A stretch of 64,000 nucleotides of DNA from Minisyncoccia bacterium (GCA_049287305.1 JBAQFO010000012.1:89768-153767); one strand, 5' to 3'; shown: positions 7,849 to 18,777, counted from the stretch's first letter. Program-made: numbers and translations. Notes: generated from the sequence alone by a model not told the origin.

Positions 7849-9780
7849 ATGCCGCTAGATGACAAAAATAAGCTAAATAGGATTGAAGAATTAAAAGGTA
7901 AGCTCTTCCGAAAAAATTATCACACGAAATTGGAACACAGAGATGGTTTCACCGCCCAAGGGAGTCGTGGAGTCGTGGATTCTTGGAACACTAAAGAGAA
8001 AACCGCATCGGACTTTAAGAAAGAGTTTTTCATGAAAACATCAATGTTTAAAAAACTTTTTATTTTTTCTGTCGCGTTTTTTGCTTTAACCCTCCTGTAC
8101 GCGGGATATGTTTTTTTTGCCGGGAGCAACACTGTTTCCAGCGACAACATTGAAATATCGGTTTTAGGCAACAATTTTACCGCCGGGGGAGAGGAGCTGG
8201 ATTTGATAGTGGGAATTACGAACAGAAATAGCGCATCTCTTGATTTGGTGGACTTGGTTGTGGAATATCCGAAGGGCGGAGCGGTGGATTTATCCACTGA
8301 TACCGACCGCATGCGTGTGTCACTTGGGTCTATTCCAGCCGGAGCGGTGCGGAATGAAACTTTGAAGCTTGTGCTGTATGGACAGCAGGGCAGTGTTCGC
8401 CCCATAAGAATTACGCTGGAATACAGAGTAGTTGGCTCAAACTCCATATTCGTTAAAGAAAAACTTTTTGAAGTAAATATTAACTCAACGCCTATTAATC
8501 TTTCCGTGGAAGCGCCGTCGTCCGTAAGCCCGAATCAAAACATTAATTTAGTAGTCAAAACATCATTAAACGCCACCAAGCCGGCTGAAAAAATGCTTAT
8601 AAAACTTGATTACCCCTTGGGGTTTCAGTTTATAAGCGCAACCCCGGCGCCATCCTTTAGTAATAATATTTGGGACCTGGGAGACCTAGCTCCCGGAGCG
8701 GAGCATAGTATTTCCATATCTGGGAAAATGGTGGATGTATTTGACGGCGAAGAAAAAACTTTCAATATTTCCAGTGGTTCGCAGTCGTCATCAAGCAAAT
8801 CCGTAATCGGAGTTGTTTTTAATTCCATCAGGCACACGGTGATGGTAAGCAGGCCTTTTATTGAAGCCAACCTGTTCGTGAACGGTGTCTCCGAGAAAGA
8901 ATACGCGGTAGACGCCCGGACAGCTCTTAACGTGGAAGTGCGTTACGTTAACCACCTGGACACAAGGGTTGATAATTTGAAAATAAACGCGAAAATTTCG
9001 GGGAATGCTTATAACCGCACTACGGTAAGGCCCCAGCTCGGATTTTATAATTCTTCCACCAACACGATAACGTGGGACAGAAATTCTAACAACAAGCTTC
9101 GGGAAGTGGACCCGGGGGAATCCGATTCGGTGGTGTTTTCTGTTTCTCCACTGCCACTTTTTTCAGCAGAAGGGGGAGTTCTTACCGACCCAGTTATAAA
9201 TATTGAAGTCAGCGTAGAGGGACAGCAAGCCATAGAGGGATTTGAAAATAAGGAATTACAAAATTCTTCTTCCGCGCTGGTGAGAATAATTTCCGACGTT
9301 GGGTTTACGCCGAAGGCCTACTACTACTCCGGACCGATTAAAAATTCGGGACCAATCCCTCCTAAGGCCGAACAAGTAACCACCTACACTATTTTATGGA
9401 CACTGACCAATACATCCAACAGCATCTCGGGCGCGCAGGTAAACGCCACTCTTCCTCCATGGATGAATTTTGAAGGCTCAATTTCACCTGCCGGACAAGA
9501 CGTGACATATGATGCCGCCGCTCGGGCAATAAAATGGAATGCGGGCAGAATTCCTAAAGGCGCCGGAATTTCAGCCGCTTCTCCGACTGTTGCATTTAAG
9601 GTTTCTTTCAAGCCTTCGGTTTCGCAAGTCGGTTCTACTCCGAACATTATAAATTCCTCTATTTTGACTGGGCGTGACGATTTTGCTAAGGTGGACGTGA
9701 GGGTAAACAAGGGGCCACTCACCACGAAAATGGAAGGCGACGCGGCGTTCCCCCAAAATGGAGGCATCGTAGCTCCGTAA
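7849..9780 (+). CDS. membrane-anchored hypothetical protein with a large beta-rich ectodomain
   Basis: A single TM helix (LFIFSVAFFALTLLYAGYVFF) follows a roughly 60-aa cytoplasmic N-terminus. I see no catalytic motifs. Confidence 0.5.
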   Translation: MPLDDKNKLNRIEELKGKLFRKNYHTKLEHRDGFTAQGSRGVVDSWNTKEKTASDFKKEFFMKTSMFKKLFIFSVAFFALTLLYAGYVFFAGSNTVSSDNIEISVLGNNFTAGGEELDLIVGITNRNSASLDLVDLVVEYPKGGAVDLSTDTDRMRVSLGSIPAGAVRNETLKLVLYGQQGSVRPIRITLEYRVVGSNSIFVKEKLFEVNINSTPINLSVEAPSSVSPNQNINLVVKTSLNATKPAEKMLIKLDYPLGFQFISATPAPSFSNNIWDLGDLAPGAEHSISISGKMVDVFDGEEKTFNISSGSQSSSSKSVIGVVFNSIRHTVMVSRPFIEANLFVNGVSEKEYAVDARTALNVEVRYVNHLDTRVDNLKINAKISGNAYNRTTVRPQLGFYNSSTNTITWDRNSNNKLREVDPGESDSVVFSVSPLPLFSAEGGVLTDPVINIEVSVEGQQAIEGFENKELQNSSSALVRIISDVGFTPKAYYYSGPIKNSGPIPPKAEQVTTYTILWTLTNTSNSISGAQVNATLPPWMNFEGSISPAGQDVTYDAAARAIKWNAGRIPKGAGISAASPTVAFKVSFKPSVSQVGSTPNIINSSILTGRDDFAKVDVRVNKGPLTTKMEGDAAFPQNGGIVAP

Positions 9781-9786
9781 CACACA

Positions 9787-11187
9787 ATGAAAAACCAAGA
9801 AAAAAATGAAAATGATTTAATGGAAAAAATAGTTTCACTCTGCAAAAGACGCGGATTTATTTTTCAAGGTTCGGAAATATACGGCGGGATGGCTGGAATG
9901 TATGATTTTGGTCCTTATGGTGTTGAGCTTTTAAATAATATTAAATCAGCTTGGTGGAAAGAACATGTCCAGAAACGAGACAATTATTTTGGTCTTGATT
10001 CAGCTATGTTTAAAGATCCGCGAGTTTGGGATGCGTCAGGGCATACCAGCGGTTTTTCGGATCCGTTAGCAGAATGTAAAAAATGTAATACTCGTATCCG
10101 AGTCGATAAAGAATTGGAGAAAGTTGGAGTCACTGCAGATGAAAAAATGTCTGAAATTGAACTCAATACTTTATTTACTGAACACAAAACAAAAATTAAA
10201 TGTCCTAAGTGTGGGGCAAGCGATTTTACGCCAGTGCGCGCGTTTAATTTATTAGTCAAGACCAATATGGGTGATTTTACGGGCAAGAATGAAACCCCAG
10301 TATATTTACCAGGGGAAGCATGTCAGGGGATATATCTCAATTTTAAAAATGTAGTTGATACCACTCGCGCCAAAATACCTTTTGGTATTGCTCAGATAGG
10401 TAAGGCATTTCGTAACGAAATATCTCCACGTAATTTTCTTTTCCGAACTCGTGAACTCGAACAGGCTGATACTCAATATTTTGTGCGTCCACATGAAAAC
10501 AAAGAAGCATACGAAAAAATAAAACAAGATCGTTTCAGTTGGTATATAAAAATGGGAATAAAACCAGAAAATCTTCGTTTCAAACAGCACGAGAATCTAG
10601 TATTTTATGCTGCGGATGCGTGGGACATTGAATACAATTTTCCAGCAAATGGTTTTGATGAGCTTGAAGGTATCCACGACAGAACAGATTACGATCTGAC
10701 TCAGCATATGAAATTTTCTGGGACAGATTTGAATTATACTGATCCGAATACTAACGAAAAATATATTCCTTGGATTTTAGAAACTTCCGTAGGTCTTGGT
10801 CGCATGTTTCTGGCTTTTATTTCTGAAGCTTATACTGAAGAAGATTTTGATGGTGAGCTTCGCACTGTTCTTAAGCTTGCATACCGACTTGCTCCAATCA
10901 AAGCTGCTGTTTTTCCATTGTTAAAAAACAAACCTGAACTTGTGGCAAAGGCGCGTGAAGTCTATGAAATGCTCCGAGAAGATGTGCGGACTGAATGGGA
11001 TGACAATGGCAACGTCGGCAAGCGATATCGTCGTCAGGATGAAATTGGAACGCCATTTTGTATAACTATAGATTTCGAAACGATTGAACAGGATGTGGGA
11101 GTGACTGTGCGAGATCGTGATACAGGGAAACAAGAGAGAGTAAGAATTGAGGACTTGAAAGATTATATAAAAGAAAGAATAAGCTAA
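9787..11187 (+). CDS. glyQS: glycyl-tRNA synthetase (alpha2 type)
   Basis: GSEIYGGMAGMYDFGPYG plus class II motifs. Confidence 0.9.
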   Translation: MKNQEKNENDLMEKIVSLCKRRGFIFQGSEIYGGMAGMYDFGPYGVELLNNIKSAWWKEHVQKRDNYFGLDSAMFKDPRVWDASGHTSGFSDPLAECKKCNTRIRVDKELEKVGVTADEKMSEIELNTLFTEHKTKIKCPKCGASDFTPVRAFNLLVKTNMGDFTGKNETPVYLPGEACQGIYLNFKNVVDTTRAKIPFGIAQIGKAFRNEISPRNFLFRTRELEQADTQYFVRPHENKEAYEKIKQDRFSWYIKMGIKPENLRFKQHENLVFYAADAWDIEYNFPANGFDELEGIHDRTDYDLTQHMKFSGTDLNYTDPNTNEKYIPWILETSVGLGRMFLAFISEAYTEEDFDGELRTVLKLAYRLAPIKAAVFPLLKNKPELVAKAREVYEMLREDVRTEWDDNGNVGKRYRRQDEIGTPFCITIDFETIEQDVGVTVRDRDTGKQERVRIEDLKDYIKERIS

Positions 11188-12455
11188 TGAAATTTTCAAA
11201 GAAAACACTTAAAAACGGATTAAGGGTTATTACTGTCCCGATGAAAGACAATCCTACGGCAACAGTGCTCGTGCTTGTGGAAGCAGGCTCAAAATATGAA
11301 GATAAAAAAGTGAACGGGATATCTCATTTTTTGGAGCATATGTGCTTCAAGGGAACGGAGAAAAGACCGAAAGGCATAGATATCTCCAAGGAGTTGGACG
11401 CGCTCGGAAGCCAATACAACGCTTTTACCGGGCAGGAATACACGGGATATTATGCCAAATCCGACGCCCGACACTTCGGTAAAATTTTTGATATTGTGTC
11501 CGATATTTACCTGAACTCCACTTTCCCCGAAGCGGAAATGCAGAAAGAAAAAGGGGTGATAATAGAAGAAATAAATATGTATGAAGACATGCCGAACAAG
11601 CATGTGCAGGATTTGATGATGAAGCTGCTCTACGGGGATACTCCCGCGGGCTGGAACATAGCGGGGGAGAAAAGCAACATTCTTTCCATGAAACGGGACG
11701 ATTTTGTTAAATACAAAAAGGCGCAATATCTGCCCGAGGCGACTGTCCTTATTGTGGCGGGCCGTGTGACCGAAAAAGAAGTAATGAAGGAAGCCAATAG
11801 GATTTTCGGCGCGATTCCGCGGGGAAATAAAAAAGGAAAAATAAAAGTCAGAGAAAAACAGTCTAAACCCGAAGTTTTGGTGAAGTTTAAAAAAACAGAT
11901 CAGACCCATTTCGTGTTGGGTGTGCGAACCTTCGACTTGTTCAACAAAAAAAATACAGTGCTTTCTGTCTTAAGCGGAGTTTTGGGCGGGGGTATGAGCT
12001 CCCGACTTTTCCAAAAGCTTCGCGAAGAGATGGGGGTGGGGTATTATGTCCGAGCTTACAACGATGTCTATACCGACCACGGATTTTTTCAAATTTCAGC
12101 GGGCGTGGATAATAAAAGAATCCATGAAGTCATAGAGGCTGTTTTGGAAGAATGCCGAAAGCTCAAAAAAGAAAAAGTAATCCCGGAAGAGCTCAACAAA
12201 GTGAAGGAATGCCTGATAGGCAACATGAAACTTTCTCTGGAATCCAGCGACGACATCGCGAATTTTTATGGTTCGCAAGAACTTTTAAAACGGGAAATAA
12301 AAAATGCGGAAGATAAGACTAAGGAGGTAAGGAAGGTTACGGCGGAGCAAATACAAGAAATGGCGAATAAGATTTTCAAGGATAATTCTCTCAATTTGGC
12401 GTTAATCGGTCCGTTTAAAGAGAAGGCTCCTTTTTCCAAAAACCTCAAATTCTAA
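11187..12455 (+). CDS. M16 family zinc peptidase
   Basis: HFLEHMCFKGT, the inverted zincin HxxEH motif. Confidence 0.85.
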   Translation: MKFSKKTLKNGLRVITVPMKDNPTATVLVLVEAGSKYEDKKVNGISHFLEHMCFKGTEKRPKGIDISKELDALGSQYNAFTGQEYTGYYAKSDARHFGKIFDIVSDIYLNSTFPEAEMQKEKGVIIEEINMYEDMPNKHVQDLMMKLLYGDTPAGWNIAGEKSNILSMKRDDFVKYKKAQYLPEATVLIVAGRVTEKEVMKEANRIFGAIPRGNKKGKIKVREKQSKPEVLVKFKKTDQTHFVLGVRTFDLFNKKNTVLSVLSGVLGGGMSSRLFQKLREEMGVGYYVRAYNDVYTDHGFFQISAGVDNKRIHEVIEAVLEECRKLKKEKVIPEELNKVKECLIGNMKLSLESSDDIANFYGSQELLKREIKNAEDKTKEVRKVTAEQIQEMANKIFKDNSLNLALIGPFKEKAPFSKNLKF

Positions 12456-12492
12456 CTTTTTTATTTGCAGTTTTCTGTGCTATCATATTTCT

Positions 12493-13566
12493 ATGACTTC
12501 TCCTGAGCAACCCACAACCTTCGCTATTAATACCGGCACAATGATTCGGGCGGTTATGGTGGGGCTCGCGGTATTCTTGATTTGGTTTTTGCGGGATTTA
12601 GTGCTAGTCGTCCTTACATCCATTGTTATTGCTTCTTTTATAGAATCGGCTATTCCGCACTTTAGGAAAATAGGAATTAACCGAATCTTGGCTATCGTGG
12701 CGATGTATGCGATATCACTACTTACCCTCGCAGGACTCTTTTACTTGTTTGCTCCGCTTCTTATTACGGAAATTTACAATCTTTCAAGTTTCTTCTCTTC
12801 TTTTATCCCGGGAGTTTATTGGCTGGACTTTTTCCAAAGTGAAGCTTTTTCCGGCGCCAAAGACATAGTTGGGTCTTTGTCGGGAGATTTCTCCGTGGGT
12901 GGGTTGTTGTCTATATCCAGAGCGTTTATCTTAAATCTCTCCGGAGGTTTCTTTACTACTATCTCCGTAGCCTTCGACGGTATTTTCAACTTCGTGCTGA
13001 TTATAGTTATTTCTTTTTATCTTTCAATTCAAGAGAAAGGAATAGAAAATTTCCTTAGAGTTGTGGTGCCTATCAAGTACGAGAATTACGCCGTAGACCT
13101 CTGGAGCCGTTCCAGCCGCAAAATTGCGCTTTGGATGAAAGGTCAGGTAGTGCTGGCTGTTGTGATAGCGGTGCTTATTTACTTGGTTCTGTCGCTTCTC
13201 GGTATTGAATATGCTCTGCTTCTGGCTATTATTGCGGGAGTTATGGAACTCGTGCCGTATGGCATGATAGTTGCCTTGATTCCTGCTTTCTCTTTTTCTT
13301 ATATTTCCGGTGGCTGGTCTAGCGCATTCATGGTGCTGGGAGCGTATCTTATCATCCACCAATTTGAGGTCTTCCTTTTTGCTCCGCTAATTATAGAAAA
13401 AGTAGTAGGGCTTTCTCCTGTAGTAATAATTTTATCGGCATTGATAGGGTTTGAACTCGGAGGTGTATGGGGCATATTGCTTGCTATCCCGGTGGCTGTG
13501 GTTGTGATGGAATTCATGAACGACGTTGAAAAGGATAAAATTTTAGCCCGAAGCAGCAATAAATAA
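12493..13566 (+). CDS. AI-2E family transporter / PerM-like permease
   Basis: Multi-TM protein whose C-terminal pattern GFELGGVWGILLAIPVAVVV is typical of AI-2E (UPF0118). Confidence 0.65.
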   Translation: MTSPEQPTTFAINTGTMIRAVMVGLAVFLIWFLRDLVLVVLTSIVIASFIESAIPHFRKIGINRILAIVAMYAISLLTLAGLFYLFAPLLITEIYNLSSFFSSFIPGVYWLDFFQSEAFSGAKDIVGSLSGDFSVGGLLSISRAFILNLSGGFFTTISVAFDGIFNFVLIIVISFYLSIQEKGIENFLRVVVPIKYENYAVDLWSRSSRKIALWMKGQVVLAVVIAVLIYLVLSLLGIEYALLLAIIAGVMELVPYGMIVALIPAFSFSYISGGWSSAFMVLGAYLIIHQFEVFLFAPLIIEKVVGLSPVVIILSALIGFELGGVWGILLAIPVAVVVMEFMNDVEKDKILARSSNK

Positions 13567-13567
13567 T

Positions 13568-15016
13568 ATGAGCGGTAAAAAAAGTTTCTATATAACTACA
13601 ACCCTCCCGTATGTGAATGCCGACCTTCATATGGGGCATGCGCTTGAGTTCGTGCGGGCGGACATTATTGCCCGGGCCAAGAAGCTCCAGGGCTTTGATG
13701 TGTTCTTTAATACGGGCACCGACGAGCATGGAATGAAGATATACGAGAAAGCCGACTCTCTAGGGAAAGCTCCGCAAGAATTTGTAGATGAAAGCTTTTT
13801 GCGATTCAAGGATTCGGTAAAAATTTTCGGAATGGACGAAGAAATTCTTCATTTCGTTCGCACGACCGACCAGCATCACGTGGAGGCAGCCCAGGAATTT
13901 TGGAAAAGAGTAAGTGATAATGGGTATATCTATAAGAAATTTTATGAAGCGAAATATTGCGTGGGCTGTGAAGAAAATAAAAGCGATTCCGAGCTTGTAA
14001 ATGGCGAGTGCCCAATTCATCCCGGGAAAAAGGTAGAAACTATTCAGGAAGAAAATTACTTTTTCAAATACAGTGCATTCGGAGACAAGCTTTCAAAATT
14101 TTACGAAGAAAATCTAAACTTTGTTATTCCCGATTTTCGCTTCAACGAAATAAAAGCTTTTGTGGGGCGCGGGTTGCAGGACTTTTCAATTTCCCGTCTA
14201 AAAAGCAAAATGCCATGGGGGATTCCTGTGCCGAGGGATGATGACCACGTGATGTATGTGTGGTTTGACGCCCTGACGAACTATATTTCTACCTTGGGCT
14301 GGCCCGACCAGACAGAAAACTTTGAAAAATATTGGGTAAATGGAAATCCTACCCAGTATTGCGGGAAGGACAATACTCGTTTTCAGTCTGCTGTGTGGCA
14401 GGCGATGCTTATGGCAGCGGGGGTGAAAAATTCTCATCAGATAGTGGTGGACGGGTTCATAACTGCCGACCAAGGTTTGAAAATGTCTAAAACTCTCGGC
14501 AATGTAGTAAATCCGAAAGATGTCGTCGCAGAATTCGGCACGGACGCCCTCCGATTTTTCTTAGCGAAAGAAATTTCAAACTTTGAGGATAGTCCTTTCA
14601 CCATAGAAAGATTCAAGGAGGCCTACAATTCCGGGCTGGCAAACGGCTTGGGGAACTTATCTTCTCGCATACTCACTCTCTCGGAAAAATATTTGGAAAA
14701 GTGTCCAGAAATCCCGGAAGAATCAATCCCAAAAGAATTTTTTGAAATTCTTGGAACATTTGATATCAAAAAAGCTGCTGATTCCGTTTGGGATAGAATT
14801 CAAGCGTTAGATAAAAAAATTCAAAACACAGAGCCTTTCAAAGTTGTAAAAATTGATGAAACAAAAGGAAAAGAATTAATTACCGAAATGGTTTTAGAGC
14901 TTTATGCCATAGCCAGAATGTTAAATCCGTTACTTCCCGCAACCAACGAAAAATTAAAAAAATTAATTAGAGAAAATAAAAAGCCTGAACAGCCTTTATT
15001 CCCCCGTAAAGATTGA
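13568..15016 (+). CDS. metG: methionyl-tRNA synthetase
   Basis: TTTLPYVNADLHMGHA (HMGH) and KMSKTLGN motifs. Confidence 0.92.
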   Translation: MSGKKSFYITTTLPYVNADLHMGHALEFVRADIIARAKKLQGFDVFFNTGTDEHGMKIYEKADSLGKAPQEFVDESFLRFKDSVKIFGMDEEILHFVRTTDQHHVEAAQEFWKRVSDNGYIYKKFYEAKYCVGCEENKSDSELVNGECPIHPGKKVETIQEENYFFKYSAFGDKLSKFYEENLNFVIPDFRFNEIKAFVGRGLQDFSISRLKSKMPWGIPVPRDDDHVMYVWFDALTNYISTLGWPDQTENFEKYWVNGNPTQYCGKDNTRFQSAVWQAMLMAAGVKNSHQIVVDGFITADQGLKMSKTLGNVVNPKDVVAEFGTDALRFFLAKEISNFEDSPFTIERFKEAYNSGLANGLGNLSSRILTLSEKYLEKCPEIPEESIPKEFFEILGTFDIKKAADSVWDRIQALDKKIQNTEPFKVVKIDETKGKELITEMVLELYAIARMLNPLLPATNEKLKKLIRENKKPEQPLFPRKD

Positions 15017-15441
15017 TTATGAAACTAAAAGACCCATTTTCAATTTATTCCCACATTTTTTTCCTTATCCCTTTGTATTTTGCCATTATTGTCGGAGCAA
15101 AAATTCACGCAATCATTATCACCGCCCTTTTCCTTGTTTCAATTTTATTCCACGGCTCAAAACCTAAAGGCCCGGTATGGTGGCATAAAACCGGAGAATT
15201 AAATATTTACCAAAAAGTTTTTCTCTGGACAGACACTTTCGTCGGCATGTCTTTAATAGTGCTAAACCTCTTTGTGTTTTGGCAAAAAGGTTTTCCGGAT
15301 GCATTTTGGTGGGCGATGATATTTGCTGTTATTGCGCTTTTTATCCTGTTTTTTAAAACCAAAGAACAAGAATATGATTTTTATCACGGCACCTGGCATA
15401 TTCTAGCAAGTCTTATAACATTACTTGCGGTAGTATCCTGA
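15013..15441 (+). CDS. hypothetical membrane protein
   Basis: Four predicted TM helices; overlaps the metG stop by 4 nt. Confidence 0.4.
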   Translation: MIMKLKDPFSIYSHIFFLIPLYFAIIVGAKIHAIIITALFLVSILFHGSKPKGPVWWHKTGELNIYQKVFLWTDTFVGMSLIVLNLFVFWQKGFPDAFWWAMIFAVIALFILFFKTKEQEYDFYHGTWHILASLITLLAVVS

Positions 15442-15527
15442 TATACAAGTGCTATAATAATCTTTCAGAAAGAAAAACCTTATTTGATTATAAATAAATT
15501 GCCCAGCCTAACCTTATGTTGAATTAA

Positions 15528-16367
15528 ATGACTCCGAAATACATAGATATACATAGTCATGTGAATTTTTCCGCCTTTGATGCCGACAGGGACGAGGTGA
15601 TGAAACGTGCTTTGGAGAATGACACCTTGGTAATAAATGTGGGAACCCAGATAGATACTTCACGCAAAGCAGTAGATATGGCTCATCAATACGAAGGCGC
15701 ATTCGCTATTATTGGGCTTCATCCCATCCACACTGGTGCGTCCTATCACGACGTGAAGGAATTGGGGGAGGGTGGAAAAGAATTTACTTCGCGAGGGGAA
15801 ACAATAAACAAAGACGCTTACAGAGAACTTTTGAAAGATTCGAAGGTCCTGGGAATTGGGGAATGCGGGCTGGATTATTATAGGTGCGATGAAGACTCTG
15901 TAGCAAAACAAAAAGAGGCGTTTATAGCGCAGATAGAACTTGCGAACGAAGTTAACAAGCCGCTCATGCTCCACATTCGCAACAATCCGGAAGACAAAAC
16001 TAGAAATGCTTATTTTGATTCTCTGGTTCTCCTTAAAGAACACGCCAAGGTAAGGGGGGATGTCCACTTTTTCGCGGGGAACTGGGAGGAAGCGAAGGCG
16101 TTTTTAGATTTCGGCTTTACGCTTTCTTTCACGGGAGTTGTTACTTTCACCCATGATTATGATGATGTTATAAAAAACACTCCAATGGACATGATAATGA
16201 CGGAAACAGATTCTCCCTACGTGACGCCGGCGCCTCACAGGGGCAAGCGGAACGAGCCTTCTTATGTGAGAGAAGTGGTAAAAAAAATCGCTGAAATCAA
16301 AAATTTGTCAGAAGAAGAAACAGCGGAAGCAATTATCGCTAACGCCAAGCGAGTTTTCGGCATATAA
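15528..16367 (+). CDS. tatD: TatD family metal-dependent hydrolase
   Basis: IDIHSHVNF at the N-terminus and conserved TatD His and Asp positions. Confidence 0.8.
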   Translation: MTPKYIDIHSHVNFSAFDADRDEVMKRALENDTLVINVGTQIDTSRKAVDMAHQYEGAFAIIGLHPIHTGASYHDVKELGEGGKEFTSRGETINKDAYRELLKDSKVLGIGECGLDYYRCDEDSVAKQKEAFIAQIELANEVNKPLMLHIRNNPEDKTRNAYFDSLVLLKEHAKVRGDVHFFAGNWEEAKAFLDFGFTLSFTGVVTFTHDYDDVIKNTPMDMIMTETDSPYVTPAPHRGKRNEPSYVREVVKKIAEIKNLSEEETAEAIIANAKRVFGI

Positions 16368-16416
16368 AATATAATAAAATCGGGAGGGGTTTACTTTTTC
16401 AGGGCTTTTTGCTAGT

Positions 16417-16941
16417 ATGAACTTCATGCAAGATAGCGATACAAACGTGGAAATGAATGATAAAAACGAGGCGGAAGGAAGCGCAACCGAGCGAGTATAC
16501 GAACTCGGCTATTTGTTGGTTCCTACTCTTTCTGAAGAAGAAGTGCCAGGAGCATACGGAAACTTGAAAGACCTTATCTCCACATTGGGCGGAGCACATG
16601 TTGCCGACGAAATGCCAAAGATGATACCCCTTGCTTACCAAATGGTTAAAGTAATTTCAAACATTCGGAACAAGTTTAATACCGGGTATTTCGGATGGAT
16701 TAAATTCACCATGGAGGCGGACAAGGTTTTGGAATTGAAGAAGAAGCTTGACCTTGATACCACTATAATCAGATTTTTGATACTAAAAACAGTTAAAGAA
16801 AACACTATCGCCGCCAAGAGGTTCGTGCGAAGCGATATGCACAGGAAGCCAAAGACCACTAAAGCAGAAGGGGATGCCGAAGCTGCTCCTATCAATAAAG
16901 AAGAAATAGATAAAGAAATAGACGCCATGGTTGCGGTGTAG
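16417..16941 (+). CDS. rpsF: 30S ribosomal protein S6 with N- and C-terminal extensions
   Basis: YELGYLLVPTLSEEEV...LAYQM pattern; gene order rpsF-ssb-rpsR. Confidence 0.8.
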   Translation: MNFMQDSDTNVEMNDKNEAEGSATERVYELGYLLVPTLSEEEVPGAYGNLKDLISTLGGAHVADEMPKMIPLAYQMVKVISNIRNKFNTGYFGWIKFTMEADKVLELKKKLDLDTTIIRFLILKTVKENTIAAKRFVRSDMHRKPKTTKAEGDAEAAPINKEEIDKEIDAMVAV

Positions 16942-16964
16942 ATTATTCATAAAATTGTAAAATC

Positions 16965-17414
16965 ATGTATTTAAACAAAGCAATTGTGATAGGAAATCTT
17001 ACACGCGACCCAGAACTGCGTTCTTTGCCTTCAGGCATAAAGGTCTGCACGTTCTCATTGGCCACCAACAGAGTATGGAAGGACAAGAATGGCGCTAGAC
17101 AGGAATCAACCGACTATCACAATGTTGTGGTCTTCGGAAGACAAGCTGAAACAGTAGCTCAATACATGAAGAAAGGAAGTTCAATATTAGTAGAAGGCAG
17201 GATGCAGACCAGGAGTTGGGACGACAAGAATAGCGGGGAAAAGAAATACCGCACCGAAATCGTCGCCGACCGCACTCAGTTTGGTCCGAAGGGGGCGGGA
17301 AGTAGCAGTGAGGGAACAACCAGCGCAGGCTCCAAAGCTCCAGCTGCCGAAGGAGAAGTTGACGCTATAGAATATCCCGAAGAAGATATTAACCCAGAAG
17401 ACATCCCATTTTAA
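16965..17414 (+). CDS. ssb: single-stranded DNA-binding protein
   Basis: OB fold with a C-terminal acidic tail ending in DIPF. Confidence 0.93.
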   Translation: MYLNKAIVIGNLTRDPELRSLPSGIKVCTFSLATNRVWKDKNGARQESTDYHNVVVFGRQAETVAQYMKKGSSILVEGRMQTRSWDDKNSGEKKYRTEIVADRTQFGPKGAGSSSEGTTSAGSKAPAAEGEVDAIEYPEEDINPEDIPF

Positions 17415-17433
17415 TTAAAAAATAAGCAACATT

Positions 17434-17634
17434 ATGAAACAAGATTACTTTTCAGCAAACAATATAAAATTCATAGATTACAAGGATATAGAAATCCTCA
17501 AGAAATTTTTGAATCCTAACGGAAAGATAGTTAGTCACAAGAGAACAGGGGTAACTTCCAAGAATCAGCGGGCGTTGGCTATGGCCGTGAAGCACGCTAG
17601 ATTTATGGGACTCCTTCCATTCGTAGTTAAATAA
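17434..17634 (+). CDS. rpsR: 30S ribosomal protein S18
   Basis: Matches the S18 family and sits third in the rpsF-ssb-rpsR operon. Confidence 0.9.
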   Translation: MKQDYFSANNIKFIDYKDIEILKKFLNPNGKIVSHKRTGVTSKNQRALAMAVKHARFMGLLPFVVK

Positions 17635-17644
17635 AAACCTAAAC

Positions 17645-17674
17645 AAAAATCCCCCATATGGGGGATTTTTGTTT
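17645..17674 (+). terminator. intrinsic terminator: AAAAATCCCCC ATAT GGGGGATTTTT
   Basis: Perfect hairpin followed by a T-run after rpsR. Confidence 0.85.
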
Positions 17675-17814
17675 ATAGGTAAGGAATTTTTTTCTAAACT
17701 CTTTCTAGGCATACTTTTTATAATGCAATCTGTCTGGCGGTGCTCCGCCAGCGAACTGCTCGGCGCGACCGCCTGCGCAAGGCATTCTAAAAAGTAAGCC
17801 TACGACGAGTTTCG

Positions 17815-18393
17815 CTATACTCTTTCTACGTATTCTCCGGTTTCGGTATTTACGTTTACTCGATCGCCCTCCTTGATGAACATGGGGGCGTTTAGAGTTG
17901 CGCCGTTCTCAAGGGTGATGATTTTGTTTCCTCCTTTGGAGGTATCGCCTCGGACAGCGGGAGGGGCTTCTTTTACCAGGAATTCCATCTTGATAGGCAA
18001 GGTAACTTTTATTATTTTTTCTTCATCATCGTCATCCCAGACGAGGGCGACGGCATTTCCGTTCTGCTTCAAAAATTTTGAAGTATCTCCGATAAGCGCT
18101 CCGTCGAGCTTGAACCTCTTGCTCTTGTCTTCAGGGTCGCAAAACCAGAACTCTCCTTTGCTTTCGTATAAAAAAGTAATGTCCTTCTTGTTGATGTCTG
18201 CCTCATGAGCTGATTCAGAAACGTGGAAAGTGGCAGGGAAGACCTTGCCCGATATCAAGCTTTTGAGTTTGACTTGGTTCTGAGGTTTCCTTTGCTGGGT
18301 GCGGGCTACGTGGCTCTCTACGACTTCACAAGGCTCGTCGTTGTGGATAATTATTTTCTTTTCGCGAATTTCGCTGTAATCTAATTGTGACAT
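17815..18393 (-). CDS. efp: elongation factor P
   Basis: The C-terminus reads NTETGEYVERV and the KOW-like N-terminus matches EF-P. I place the start at MSQLDY, because the track ORF extends further upstream. Confidence 0.85.
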   Translation of the reverse strand: MSQLDYSEIREKKIIIHNDEPCEVVESHVARTQQRKPQNQVKLKSLISGKVFPATFHVSESAHEADINKKDITFLYESKGEFWFCDPEDKSKRFKLDGALIGDTSKFLKQNGNAVALVWDDDDEEKIIKVTLPIKMEFLVKEAPPAVRGDTSKGGNKIITLENGATLNAPMFIKEGDRVNVNTETGEYVERV

Positions 18394-18440
18394 AGGCATT
18401 ATACTATCAGAATAAACTGCATTCCGCAATAAACACCTTT

Positions 18441-18469
18441 TTGACAATTAGCACTTTTTCGTGTTAAAT
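18441..18469 (+). promoter_or_regulatory. sigma70-type promoter TTGACA-17-TTAAAT
   Basis: Read from the sequence. GAAGGAGG follows at 18477-18484 and ATG at 18490. Confidence 0.55.
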
Positions 18470-18489
18470 GCTTTTTGAAGGAGGTAGGT

Positions 18490-18777
18490 ATGACATACCT
18501 ACGGGGCGTTGAGACCTACGGGGTCGAGGATGGGAAGTACTTCAGACAGTGGAGTTTCCTCGACAAGGAGGAGAGGACGCAAGTCTTCCTCCTCGCCGCT
18601 GAGATGGAGGACGTCCACAAGCGTCAGGACGTCGTCGAGATGAACCTGCGAGAAGTCTCGGAGGTCGTTTCCGAGGGGACCCTCCAGGGGATGGTCGACG
18701 GTCTGTTCGAGAGGATGGAGCCCATTCTCAAGGCCACAGACGTCGTGCGCATCGCTGTCGGAGAAGGTCTGAAGTAG
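18490..18777 (+). CDS. small acidic protein with compositionally foreign (high GC3) coding sequence; hypothetical
   Basis: Canonical promoter, SD and ATG. Codons are almost all G/C-ending (gag, gac, gtc, ctc), unlike neighbouring efp and recA. A mirror ORF on the antisense strand is typical of GC-rich coding DNA. Confidence 0.45.
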   Translation: MTYLRGVETYGVEDGKYFRQWSFLDKEERTQVFLLAAEMEDVHKRQDVVEMNLREVSEVVSEGTLQGMVDGLFERMEPILKATDVVRIAVGEGLK